Shown here one piece after another: positions 1 to 8,331 of a stretch of DNA of 43,363 bases (the stretch's first letter is position 1; the number at the start of each line of letters is the position of its first letter). The notes beneath the pieces are model-generated. The model saw only the letters and a program-made list of their open reading frames with translations, was not told the DNA's origin and made no database searches. Position numbers and translations under genes: made by a program. Source of the DNA: a virus; the IMG/VR virus record IMGVR_UViG_3300037511_000195. One strand, written 5' to 3'.

Positions 1-127
1 GCAAAGCTGGAGGCGGAGCTAGATCAACTTCGGGGCTATACCAGTGAATTGCAAATTGAGGCTGACCGGCGCAGCGATAAAATACGCAAGCTGGAGAGGG
101 AAGTGGACGACCTAAAAGACCGATGGA
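1..127. repeat. Terminal direct repeat copy 1 (identical to 43237-43363); circular-closure overlap
   Basis: Read base by base: 1-127 equals 43237-43363 (127/127). The gene running off the right end continues in phase into 128-333. Confidence 0.95.
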
Positions 128-333
128 ACCAGCTGGATATTCGGCACAGCCAGAAATACGAAGCACTCAGGAAGGCAAAGGGAGAGGTTGCGCGGCTGAA
201 GGAGGAAGCAGAGCACTACCGCAAGGAATGCCTCCATGAACGCGAATACGTTGCTTCCACGTTCACTATCGAAGAGGAGAAGCTGAAGGCAGAAAACGAG
301 CGGCTCCGGAAGGCGCTGGAGGGGAAGGAATGA
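1..333 (+). CDS. 3' part of the junction-spanning gene that starts at 42745 (coiled-coil C-terminal half of a Lar-like protein)
   Basis: Frame 1 is open from position 1 to the TGA at 331-333 and is in phase with the ORF starting at 42745. The translation is heptad-like and rich in E/K/R/L (KLEREVDDLKDRWNQL..., EEKLKAENERLRKALEGKE). The track ORF 49..333 is only its internal-start tail. Confidence 0.75.
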   Translation, partial: AKLEAELDQLRGYTSELQIEADRRSDKIRKLEREVDDLKDRWNQLDIRHSQKYEALRKAKGEVARLKEEAEHYRKECLHEREYVASTFTIEEEKLKAENERLRKALEGKE

Positions 334-518
334 GCCAAGATGAATACATGGCAGAAGATCGGATTTCTTGCCCTACCTGCGGAGCAAAGCCGGGCCTACG
401 ATGCCACGTCATCCAACGTCCGCTAACCCCTACCGCCTGCCATCGCCCAAGGCTCAACAAATACTTACAATATCACCGCCATGACCACTCCCACCCCTGC
501 CGCGCTGAGAGCCGCTGA
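330..518 (+). CDS. Small Cys-rich (zinc-ribbon-like) protein
   Basis: ATGA overlap with the preceding stop. Motif CPTCGAKPGLRC followed by basic and His residues. The 3' end overlaps the next ORF by 38 nt, so the C-terminus is uncertain. Confidence 0.45.
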   Translation: MSQDEYMAEDRISCPTCGAKPGLRCHVIQRPLTPTACHRPRLNKYLQYHRHDHSHPCRAESR

Positions 519-735
519 AATGATTAATCGTGATTTCGGCGTTCATCATCGCGGCGGAAGCCATACTCCAGTTCCGAAGCGAAAGATTGCCCGCCTCATC
601 GACGAAGCCGGGATGGCCGAGGCGGTGGAGGTGCTGAAGCAGATAGCTGACCTTAGCGGCTCCAAGGGAGAGACGCTTTACGAACGGGGCTGCAGCAAGC
701 TCGCTACCGCCCTCCTTGCCAAGCTCACGAAATGA
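481..735 (+). CDS. Hypothetical protein (84 aa)
   Basis: ATG start, protein-like composition, ATGA coupling to the next ORF at 732. Confidence 0.5.
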   Translation: MTTPTPAALRAAEMINRDFGVHHRGGSHTPVPKRKIARLIDEAGMAEAVEVLKQIADLSGSKGETLYERGCSKLATALLAKLTK

Positions 736-977
736 AGACGAACAAGCCTGGATTTCTGGAATTTTGGAACAGCTTTCTTCGCCATGAGGCTTGGCAAAAG
801 AAAATGGAGGAATGGCGCAAGCTGCCAACGGAGAGGCTCAAGGAACTTTGGGACGCCTTTGATGGAGACGCCGAGGAGAACCAACCGGGATATTTTTGGC
901 CGTCTGACGGGCCGCACATTGAGGATGTTCACGCCTTGCTGAACGAACGCGGCGAAGGGTCGTATTGCGCAACTTAG
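732..977 (+). CDS. Hypothetical protein (81 aa); last gene of the plus-strand operon
   Basis: ATGA overlap with the upstream stop and an acidic, Trp-rich, protein-like sequence. It is followed by a convergent intergenic region. Confidence 0.55.
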   Translation: MKTNKPGFLEFWNSFLRHEAWQKKMEEWRKLPTERLKELWDAFDGDAEENQPGYFWPSDGPHIEDVHALLNERGEGSYCAT

Positions 978-1010
978 GCCACGCCCCCACGACCGGCACA
1001 GCCAGCGGCA

Positions 1011-1031
1011 CAGAGTAGGGATTTTACTCTG
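1011..1031. terminator. Hairpin in the convergent gap (candidate terminator)
   Basis: cagagta-gggattt-tactctg forms a 7-bp stem between the end of the plus operon (977) and the end of the minus helicase gene (1128). The T-run is weak. A tandem 12-mer (gaccggcatgg at 1038-1048 and 1050-1060) follows. Confidence 0.3.
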
Positions 1032-1127
1032 TTGGAGGACCGGCATGGAGACCGGCATGGGATGGCGCCATTTGCCTTAAGGCCGCTTCACTCAAGGGCG
1101 GTTGCGGAAAGCGAGGGGCGGGGTTGG

Positions 1128-3029
1128 TTAATGGTGGCGACTTTTACGGGCATTGGGGTGCCCACAGTATGGCTCTCGTTGTGTCATTTTCACTGGCTCC
1201 AATCGGCCAAGCTCGCGGTGGAATCGCATTAAATATTCACCCTTCGGAATGCTTCGGCCCTTCACCACCTTTACCATCATGTCACCGCTGTCTATTTCCT
1301 CCACGAGAATGACGATATGCGCATCATGGGCAATGACGCGGGATTCCCTCAATTTTCCCTCATCGTTCAGTTGTGAGAGAGCAATCACTGGAATTTTCGC
1401 CTCCTTCGCCAGTGAGCGTAAACCACGACTGATGGCAGCGATCTGCTGCTCGCGATTATCGCGAAAGCTCTCCCCGCCGCTGACGAATTGCAGATAATCA
1501 ACCACGACAAGTCCAATCTTGTTTTCGGCCTTGAGTTGCAACACCCGAAGGCGAATTTGTTCCACCGTCATCACGGGTTCATCGGAAATCCAGAGAGGTA
1601 GATTATTGAATTGCTCCAAGTGAGCGGTAATAGCCGCCATGTCGCGCATGGAAAAGTTTCCGTTGTTAAAAACATTCCGATTCACGCCGCAATTCAACGA
1701 TACCAGCAGATCACAGATCTCGTGACGATCCATCTCCAGGGTAAAAAGCGCCACGCCGATATTGTTGTGCCATGCGGCTGTGTTGATAATGTTCGTCGCC
1801 AAGGTGGTTTTTCCGCCTCCCGTTTGCGCTGCAATGACGATCATTTGGCCGGGCTTTAGGCCACCCGATATTGCGTCAAAATCAGTAATGCCCGTTGGAA
1901 CCCCGGACTTCCCCTTATTTAGCTCAAGTTCAATGTAGCGATGGACAGCAGATGTGATGATCTGCCGGAATGGTCGCTCGCTGACAAGCGGCAGCTTAAG
2001 GTGAAGCTCAAACGCAGAAAACGCTTCAGCGTCCATGGCCTTTGCCTGGGGGTCCAAGTAGAGAAGGCGCTGCACCCCGTCACCTTTCGCTCCGATAGTA
2101 CGTTGCGCTCCAGGGAGTCTAGACAGGCGGGAAGGGTTCTTATTGGCTCTATCGAAGCCGAACGGCTCCAGGCTAGCCAATACTCGCGCTACAGCCTCGG
2201 TGTATGTGGCGTCATCCGCGCAATCCATGTGAACCCAAGCATGGGCGCTATCGCCGCCGCTTTGGATGATAGCCGCGATGGGCAGCTTGCAGCGGCGGTA
2301 AAAAGCAAGTTGTTGCTCCAGGCTCAACACATCGCTTTCGATCATCATAAACCGAAAGGCGGTAATATCGGCGTCCTTCACCGCACCCTCTGCGCCAGTG
2401 CCGCGTTCCGTAGTCGGATTGAAACGCATCCAGGCCCCGGCTTTATCCTCCGGCATTCCGTGCTCTGCGATCCATAGCTCCCAATCTTGCGGATGCATCG
2501 CTTTCCCGGCGCCCTGCGGGTTGGCCTTTCCTTTGTCGTTTACAGTGTAGGCGCGGACGATATTCACATACTCGGTTGTCAGGAAAAGATTCCGAAGCAA
2601 ACACCCTGCGCTAAGCTCGCGTTGAGATGGAACTAAGTGCGGGCTTGATGAAATCACAGATTCCACCGTTGCGGTCGCGCCATTCAGCCACCAAGACATT
2701 TTCTCTCTCGGAGACACTTTCGGCAATACTTCGGGCTTACGGTATTCGACCCGCTGGCGTGCTGGTGGAACAGCTGGTGCGCCATAACCGCTGGGTGTGG
2801 GATTCTTTTCCAAACACCAATTCACCACATCGGCGATCTCCTTATCGGTCTTGTCAGCGTCCGGAAACGTGGCGCGGAGCTGTGCGCGAACGGCCTCGGG
2901 GGCCATGCCGTTGCCGAGAAGGGGCATCGCAATTTGGAACATGGCTGCGTGCCGCGTTCCAGGTGGATGACTGGACGACATTTCGGCCAAGGTCTTTTGC
3001 GGAATATAGGGTTCAGAGCAGGCGGCCAT
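1128..3029 (-). CDS. Primase-polymerase (AEP-like) fused to a DnaB-family replicative helicase
   Basis: C-terminal half: Walker A AAQTGGGKTT, VVVDYLQFV, and AKEAKIPVIALSQLN, as in the DnaB/RecA-type helicase core. Middle region has AEP-like motifs: FMMIESD, SGGDSAHAW, DRANKNPSRLSRLPG. I place the start at the ATG at 3029 (MAACSEPY...), because the track extension to 3350 overlaps the upstream gene. Confidence 0.8.
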   Translation of the reverse strand: MAACSEPYIPQKTLAEMSSSHPPGTRHAAMFQIAMPLLGNGMAPEAVRAQLRATFPDADKTDKEIADVVNWCLEKNPTPSGYGAPAVPPARQRVEYRKPEVLPKVSPREKMSWWLNGATATVESVISSSPHLVPSQRELSAGCLLRNLFLTTEYVNIVRAYTVNDKGKANPQGAGKAMHPQDWELWIAEHGMPEDKAGAWMRFNPTTERGTGAEGAVKDADITAFRFMMIESDVLSLEQQLAFYRRCKLPIAAIIQSGGDSAHAWVHMDCADDATYTEAVARVLASLEPFGFDRANKNPSRLSRLPGAQRTIGAKGDGVQRLLYLDPQAKAMDAEAFSAFELHLKLPLVSERPFRQIITSAVHRYIELELNKGKSGVPTGITDFDAISGGLKPGQMIVIAAQTGGGKTTLATNIINTAAWHNNIGVALFTLEMDRHEICDLLVSLNCGVNRNVFNNGNFSMRDMAAITAHLEQFNNLPLWISDEPVMTVEQIRLRVLQLKAENKIGLVVVDYLQFVSGGESFRDNREQQIAAISRGLRSLAKEAKIPVIALSQLNDEGKLRESRVIAHDAHIVILVEEIDSGDMMVKVVKGRSIPKGEYLMRFHRELGRLEPVKMTQREPYCGHPNARKSRHH

Positions 3030-3435
3030 CGGTAACAACGAGTTGGGGTGTGACGAGTTTATGCCATTGATCGTGGCAGTCTTTGCAAAGGTAGTCCCGG
3101 GGCCACTTGTCAGCCTCATCGCGGCCAAATATGCCAACCGGCGCCCAATGGTGGCTTTCTGTTCCACGATTACCGCAACGGGCGCATCGGTCATAAAGTC
3201 CCGGCATGAGCGACGGCAGTCTTTCCATATCCTGTTCCGCCATTTGTCGCGCCACCCATTCCTTGGGAATGTACAACTGCGGCTCGCGCCCGGGATTCTT
3301 GGAACTACACCGACTGCATTGCCACACGTAATTGTCGGTGGCATTCGCAAACACCTGCCGATAGAGCACGTATGGCGTTTCCATCTTACACCGATGGCAG
3401 TGCCCGTGTTTGTTGAATATGTATGGTTCGCTCAT
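3013..3435 (-). CDS. HNH-like / zinc-finger protein
   Basis: Four CxxC pairs (CHRC, CSRC, CARC, CKDC) plus ESHHWAP...CKDCHDQWH, resembling an HNH beta-beta-alpha-metal motif. The ATG at 3435 lies 2 nt after the upstream stop. Confidence 0.55.
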   Translation of the reverse strand: MSEPYIFNKHGHCHRCKMETPYVLYRQVFANATDNYVWQCSRCSSKNPGREPQLYIPKEWVARQMAEQDMERLPSLMPGLYDRCARCGNRGTESHHWAPVGIFGRDEADKWPRDYLCKDCHDQWHKLVTPQLVVTDGRLL

Positions 3436-3437
3436 AA

Positions 3438-4193
3438 TCAGAAGCAACTCGCCGGTTTGTATTTTCGCGCTCGATCCACCTCGCCCTGCCAGTTATTCAA
3501 AAGCACTTGCAGCGTTCGCCGCCGATAGTCCTTAGCCTCGGGGATGGATGCCCGATAATACCGCTCCAGCAGGGCGAAATCCTCTTCGGGGACCGGAAGC
3601 AGAGACTTCGCCGCCTTGATTTCTTTCGGAGACCATTTTGAGTTTGGGCGCCTACCCAGCAGGGCGCCCATACGAATTAGCTCCGATGGCAGCGGCTTGT
3701 GTTGTGGAACCGTTTTCGAGTCCGGTGGCGCTGGGAGCGGCGGTGAATCGGTGAAAAAATCACCCCCAAGCGGAGCGGGGATATGGGGTAGTTTCATTGA
3801 CGTTTCCTTATTACGTTTCAATGGGGTGTTATGGGCGGAACCCTCCCCCCTGTCATGGGTGACACCCTCCCCTTCCATGGGTGAAACCCCGGGGTGTCGT
3901 GGGTGACACCCTCCCTCTTTCGAGAGAAAATCCCCGGTAAAACGATAGCCGTTACTGGTCTGCCGCTCATGCGCAAATCTCTCGGAGCGTTCTATTACGC
4001 CCATTTCTTCCATAGCCCGAATGTGCCGCCGGACAGATGATTCGGACAAACCTGACCGTTCCTGGATGGAGCCGATGGAAGGCCACGATTCGCCGCTATC
4101 GTTTGCCATGTCCGCAAGAGCTAGTGCAACCAGCTTCATGGAAGGGTCCTTGAACTGAAATTTCCAAACCGCCGATGAGACAAGGACGCTCAT
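3438..4193 (-). CDS. Winged-helix DNA-binding protein, replication-initiator-like
   Basis: N-terminal KLVALALADMANDSGESWPSIGSIQERSGLSESSVRRHIRAMEEMGVIER is a typical wHTH. It sits directly upstream of the primase-helicase. The start ATG is embedded in a CCGAAACATGA motif. Confidence 0.6.
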   Translation of the reverse strand: MSVLVSSAVWKFQFKDPSMKLVALALADMANDSGESWPSIGSIQERSGLSESSVRRHIRAMEEMGVIERSERFAHERQTSNGYRFTGDFLSKEGGCHPRHPGVSPMEGEGVTHDRGEGSAHNTPLKRNKETSMKLPHIPAPLGGDFFTDSPPLPAPPDSKTVPQHKPLPSELIRMGALLGRRPNSKWSPKEIKAAKSLLPVPEEDFALLERYYRASIPEAKDYRRRTLQVLLNNWQGEVDRARKYKPASCF

Positions 4194-4200
4194 GTTTCGG
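4190..4200 (-). repeat. CCGAAACATGA motif, copy 1
   Basis: Plus strand reads tcatgtttcgg. The ATG is the start of the 3438..4193 gene. Confidence 0.9.
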
Positions 4201-4462
4201 TATCTCCTTTCTCCGTACGCAAAACGGCTCCCGATTGGCGGGCGCGAAGCGAAGAGAATTTTGCGACCCCGGTATGACTCGGGAATTTCACTCCGCTCCC
4301 GCTAATCGAGAGCCATTGTTTACGTGGATTGTTGGCCATACTATCAGGTCGCTAACGGGCTTCTCACACCCGACTGCCGACGCATAGGCCAACAGCGTTG
4401 GATTTATAGCGGGGAGTCGTATGGCTAGCAAGGTTTTTCACGAGAAATTGTGGCCCCAACGA

Positions 4463-4473
4463 TCATGTTTCGG
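4463..4473 (-). repeat. CCGAAACATGA motif, copy 2
   Basis: Plus strand reads tcatgtttcgg, in an intergenic position. Confidence 0.9.
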
Positions 4474-4500
4474 ACTCATTAGCCTTGGCTTGCTCCGGCA

Positions 4501-4511
4501 TCATGTTTCGG
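4501..4511 (-). repeat. CCGAAACATGA motif, copy 3
   Basis: Plus strand reads tcatgtttcgg. Its TGA is the stop of the 4501..4788 gene. Confidence 0.9.
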
Positions 4512-4788
4512 AGCCCTCCTTGCGCAGCAGGGCGCGGGCTGCCTTATAGGAGTCCCAGGCCGATGGGCTATAGGAGATGGCTTTGAAGTCATGGGCGAGC
4601 CGTTGTAGCGCCCCCTCCAACTCCGCGATCCTCTGCGTCTGGTCGGCTGGGGCGTGGGCGGCGATGATGGCCGTCAGGGTGGCGGGAAGCTGCTTCAGGT
4701 TCTCAATATTGCCGCTGAATGCCTTCGGAAACTCTTTGGCGGCTGCTTTACCGGCGTCTTGCATCCAGGGCTGAATGGGCTGGGTCAT
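4501..4788 (-). CDS. Hypothetical protein (95 aa)
   Basis: The ATG at 4788 overlaps the upstream stop (ATGA). Helical, protein-like sequence. Confidence 0.5.
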   Translation of the reverse strand: MTQPIQPWMQDAGKAAAKEFPKAFSGNIENLKQLPATLTAIIAAHAPADQTQRIAELEGALQRLAHDFKAISYSPSAWDSYKAARALLRKEGSET

Positions 4789-5600
4789 ACGCCGCACATC
4801 CCTTCGCATTCGTTGTTGAATAAGTGCATTTGGTTGGGGTCTTCGCTGCGTTGAATCGGTTTTGAAAAATCGATCTCGTCAATTCTCTTCAGGTCTGCGG
4901 TCAGAAACTCTCCGCGGGGCGCTAGAATGGCATCGACCTTACGAATCAAGTCCCATTCACCGGCGCCGATCTCTTTATCCTCCCGCCAGCGGGCGCGGTC
5001 CTTGTAAGGACAGAAAACACATGCAGATTTTGGGGGAATCGCGTATCCCTTGGCTTGTAGCCAAGAGATACAGCCTGCTCGCGAAAGCTCCATCTCGATT
5101 AAGGGAAATCGGTGCTTGATGAAGCGTTCACGGCTTGGCTTCATACGGGAGATTTCGTCCATCGAAATCCCCTGCCATAATACCACGCTTTCCGGGTCCA
5201 TCGTTTTTCCGGTGGTCCCTAAAACCGCCCGGATTTTCTGATGCACTGGAACAATCTTCCAATGCTTGGTGCATTGCCGTTTCCCCAGTGCTGGCTTGCC
5301 GTTATCGCCACGAATGAAAACAGGGATTTGGCTAAATCCGCGCTCAACGATATGCTCGCTTAAACGACGACTCTCAGGGGTAGAGAAGTAGTCCATTTTC
5401 CTTGCGGCGCGGCGAATTGGGAATGGAAGAAGCGGCTCCAAGTAACTTAGATGCCGGTATACGGCGGCTGGCTCGTCGCCGGTATCGGCGAAGACGGCGA
5501 ATTGCGGCATCGGCGTAATCTCACCAGCGGCAGCCATGAGGGCCATCGTTGAGCTTTGGACGCCAGCGCCCAGACTGATGATGTGAATGAGCTGGGTCAT
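4785..5600 (-). CDS. PAPS-reductase-like (PP-loop ATP pyrophosphatase superfamily) protein
   Basis: N-terminal IISLGAGVQSSTMALMAA is a PP-loop-like motif, followed by FADTGDEP. The C-terminal cysteine motif CVFCPYK is typical of phage PAPS-reductase-family proteins. Confidence 0.6.
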   Translation of the reverse strand: MTQLIHIISLGAGVQSSTMALMAAAGEITPMPQFAVFADTGDEPAAVYRHLSYLEPLLPFPIRRAARKMDYFSTPESRRLSEHIVERGFSQIPVFIRGDNGKPALGKRQCTKHWKIVPVHQKIRAVLGTTGKTMDPESVVLWQGISMDEISRMKPSRERFIKHRFPLIEMELSRAGCISWLQAKGYAIPPKSACVFCPYKDRARWREDKEIGAGEWDLIRKVDAILAPRGEFLTADLKRIDEIDFSKPIQRSEDPNQMHLFNNECEGMCGV

Positions 5601-6145
5601 GCTGCTCCTTTCGCGGAGATGGCGGCGGGTGGAGACGGTAGATGACGCCAGTGGGTTGGCTGCGGAATGCCGTAAGCATCAAGCTGCTTTCCGTCATCCG
5701 TCACGGCTGGCAACTGGATACACCATTCCTTTTGAATAAATGAATATCGCATACACCACCATCGAGCCGGGTGCCCATTGAATGAGGGAAACCAACCAAG
5801 GAGCGCGCGGTCTTTTGGTGCTGTATCAATATGGCATTCCCTGTCCTTTTCCGCCTCGCGGCAACGGGCGATGAGGGCTTGGACGGTTTGAGGATCAAGG
5901 GCGGCGATGTAGGCCGCGTTCTTCTTAGCAATTCCGGTGCTTTCAGGACGACAAATTCCCGCAATCTCTTCGCCAAATCTGGCGGTTGATGGCGAACCTT
6001 CTGGTTTCTCAGTTACTACTAGGATTCGCCGCCAAGGGTTGAAGGGCGAGTTTGGCCAATCAAAAAGCCCAAGGTCATATGTGATGCGTTTGCCCGGCGT
6101 CGCCTCCTTCGCCAGCCGTTCGAGTTCGTCGAGGTTCGGGGTCAT
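5597..6145 (-). CDS. Ead/Ea22-like protein with a DUF551-like C-terminal module
   Basis: LERLAKEATPG...NAAYIAALDPQTVQALIARCREAEK matches the Ead/Ea22 pattern. The C-terminus (LLGWFPSFNGHPARWWCMRY...) looks DUF551-like. Confidence 0.55.
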   Translation of the reverse strand: MTPNLDELERLAKEATPGKRITYDLGLFDWPNSPFNPWRRILVVTEKPEGSPSTARFGEEIAGICRPESTGIAKKNAAYIAALDPQTVQALIARCREAEKDRECHIDTAPKDRALLGWFPSFNGHPARWWCMRYSFIQKEWCIQLPAVTDDGKQLDAYGIPQPTHWRHLPSPPAAISAKGAA

Positions 6146-6351
6146 GGGCGCCGAGTAAGTGTATAATTCTCAAGAATGGCGTCGTATATTTTGCGCCATT
6201 TTGCGGTATCAAGTAGTGGAGTATTGTCGTGATCTCCAACAACTTTATTGAATATCTCAAATGGCATTTCAGAGTTCTCGTATTCACGGCACGCGTTTTT
6301 AGAATCGAATAGTGTGCCGTCCTCTGCTTGATATTTTTCTACGATTTTCAC
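6142..6351 (-). CDS. Hypothetical protein (69 aa) in a visibly AT-richer gene
   Basis: GTG start overlapping the upstream stop (GTGA). Composition is clearly AT-richer than the neighbours. Confidence 0.5.
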   Translation of the reverse strand: MKIVEKYQAEDGTLFDSKNACREYENSEMPFEIFNKVVGDHDNTPLLDTAKWRKIYDAILENYTLTRRP

Positions 6352-6518
6352 TGGTGCTTTCCTTTCTTTGTTTTTTCCTTGAGGCGCTTCGCAATCTCGT
6401 CTTCGACGCGCTGCTGATTTCGGTTCTCCAACATCCGCAATGCGGCACGCAGAAGCGCGATAGTTCCTTGTCGAGGTAGGTTGGGGTGGTTTGTGAGACC
6501 GCCAATTTCGTCTTTCAT
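6348..6518 (-). CDS. Hypothetical small protein (56 aa; below the track cutoff)
   Basis: My own translation: MKDEIGGLTNHPNLPRQGTIALLRAALRMLENRNQQRVEDEIAKRLKEKTKKGKHQ. Coupled at both ends, by ATGA at 6515-6518 and GTGA at 6348-6351. Confidence 0.5.
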   Translation of the reverse strand: MKDEIGGLTNHPNLPRQGTIALLRAALRMLENRNQQRVEDEIAKRLKEKTKKGKHQ

Positions 6519-7852
6519 GCTTGTTGCTTGCTTTGGGTTAGGGCGTCGATGCCATGTGAAAGTGTTTCGTGGGCATGAAACTCATCGAGTGGAATGTGAT
6601 GTTCAATGGTCATGGATGCGTATTCCGTAGGATTACTGGGATGCAGCCATGCGATGCGGATTTGCTGCGAATCCTCATTGAATACTTGGTGCTCCAGAAT
6701 GCGCATCCGCTCCCTGTCCTTCTCCCACTCCTCTGCGCGTGCGGTGGCGGCGTCCCGTTCTGCGACTATGCGCTCGACCATCTCATCGATCTTTTCGCCG
6801 TCGTGTTCCTCGGTCTCTCCAGTGCCGTGTTTGTGGAGCAGGTTGATGAGCTTCACGCGCAGGGCGCGGTCTTTTGCGGTGGCGGCAGAAAGTTGGGCGC
6901 GGAGATCCGCTATGAATTGATCCAACGTTGGCAAATGCTCACGGGCGTTGTTCTTTAAGCCTGGGTGGAAGTTAAGCTTTTGTCCGCACGCTTCCTCAAT
7001 GCCATCCACCCATTTGTCGTCGCGGCGCACCGATTCATCACAGCAAGCGTCGCGCTGAGCAACGAGATGAGCCTTCGTGGATTCGGAAAGCGCCAACTGC
7101 TGGCGCAGAGAGTCGCGCTCGGAACGCTGGGCGAGAATTTCGCTCTTCGTGCAGTCAAATTCAGCCTTAAGACCAGAATGAATATGTTGACCGTCGCCAG
7201 CAGCGTAATGGAGGTCTGATAGCAGTTTTGTCGCCCCATCCCGCTCCTTCGTGAGCCGCTCTACCTCGGCACGGGCGGCGGAAAGCTTAGATTTCAATTC
7301 CCTTATCGTATTGCTTTGTGGTCCGGCCTGATTGACACACTGGACAACGATATTCGCTAAGGTGCGACGGCGTGATTCGGCGGCAGGGGTCAAGTCAGTC
7401 AGGTCAAAGTGACAAACAATCTCGCTCACCTTTTTACCATCGGGGCGCATAGGGCCGACCCAAAGGCTCCTGCAAGTATCCTCAAGGCCCCATAGCGGCG
7501 TCCCGCCAACGGGTGCCACTGGCTCGGACGGGTCGGACGTTCCGAGCGTGGCGTTACATGCGACTTGGTTGTCCGTGCATTGGGCAGTTTGGATTTGTGG
7601 TCCACTCGGAGCTACAGGTGCACAGTCTTGGTTTGTTGTCGCGCATACTTCATCACTGGTCCTTTCTGGTTCAGTTGGTCTCCAAAACTCAGGCGGCACG
7701 CACGGCACCCACCGACCACTGATTTCCATGCACCAGCCTTGAAAGTCGAAGCTGTAGCGGACGATTCCAGTCTGGCCATCGGCCCATTTTGCTTCGATGG
7801 GAATGCCAGATAGTGGCGCGTTGGCGATGGGACGCCAGTCGGTGGGGTTCAT
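6515..7852 (-). CDS. Hypothetical coiled-coil protein with a DUF551-like N-terminus
   Basis: The ATG at 7852 (MNPTDWRPIANAPL...) overlaps the upstream stop. The C-terminal ~230 aa are heptad-like (LKSKLSAARAEVERLTKERD...). Confidence 0.6.
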   Translation of the reverse strand: MNPTDWRPIANAPLSGIPIEAKWADGQTGIVRYSFDFQGWCMEISGRWVPCVPPEFWRPTEPERTSDEVCATTNQDCAPVAPSGPQIQTAQCTDNQVACNATLGTSDPSEPVAPVGGTPLWGLEDTCRSLWVGPMRPDGKKVSEIVCHFDLTDLTPAAESRRRTLANIVVQCVNQAGPQSNTIRELKSKLSAARAEVERLTKERDGATKLLSDLHYAAGDGQHIHSGLKAEFDCTKSEILAQRSERDSLRQQLALSESTKAHLVAQRDACCDESVRRDDKWVDGIEEACGQKLNFHPGLKNNAREHLPTLDQFIADLRAQLSAATAKDRALRVKLINLLHKHGTGETEEHDGEKIDEMVERIVAERDAATARAEEWEKDRERMRILEHQVFNEDSQQIRIAWLHPSNPTEYASMTIEHHIPLDEFHAHETLSHGIDALTQSKQQA

Positions 7853-8331
7853 TGTCCGGCCCCCTTCTTCATGGCGACTTCTGGCGTCGGAATTGCATCG
7901 AACCGTTCGCACCATCGAAATAGGTGAGCCTTCAATCCAACGGCATCGAAATCACCTTCTCGGCAAAACGGGCACACCATGTTTGCTCCAGACTCGTAGG
8001 CCTGATGGAGCTTGTCGGTCGTGGCCTGAAGGTCGGTGGCGCTGGCCCGCGTATACGCGGCGTCGATTGCTTTGTTGGCGCCCTCAAGTGCTTGTTCGTC
8101 CAGTTGCCGCACATACTCCGGGTCAATGGCGGCGACGATGGCGCGAGGGGCGGAGAAGAGGAATGCGCCCAGCAGACGCCACTCTTCTTTATCCAGAATA
8201 TAATTCTCCCAAATCGGGTGATATCCCGGAATATCGCTGGTTACTTTACAACCATCGGGAATGCCGTGCTTCTCTCGAAATTCCCGACTCAGCAGCACGT
8301 GGTCGGGCGGTGGTTGGATGGGTGTGGTCAT
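7849..8331 (-). CDS. Hypothetical protein (160 aa)
   Basis: ATGA coupling at both ends and protein-like composition. Confidence 0.6.
   Translation of the reverse strand: MTTPIQPPPDHVLLSREFREKHGIPDGCKVTSDIPGYHPIWENYILDKEEWRLLGAFLFSAPRAIVAAIDPEYVRQLDEQALEGANKAIDAAYTRASATDLQATTDKLHQAYESGANMVCPFCREGDFDAVGLKAHLFRWCERFDAIPTPEVAMKKGAGQ

Noticed and set aside
1-127. The 127-bp terminal repeat considered as a genuine direct terminal repeat of the virion chromosome.
   Set aside because: It lies in the middle of a coding sequence. Its length equals a common assembler k-mer, and the terminase is of the cos (GpA/Nu1) type. An assembly closure overlap is more likely.
3030-3350. N-terminal extensions of many track ORFs, for example 1128..3350, 6515..7915, 8567..9838, 9933..10538, 13442..13939, 21416..21787, 28308..28988 and 32771..34603.
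   Set aside because: The extensions overlap the upstream gene and are Arg/Gly/Pro-rich. An internal ATG in each case forms a 4-nt ATGA (or near) junction with the upstream stop, so the shorter coordinates are reported.
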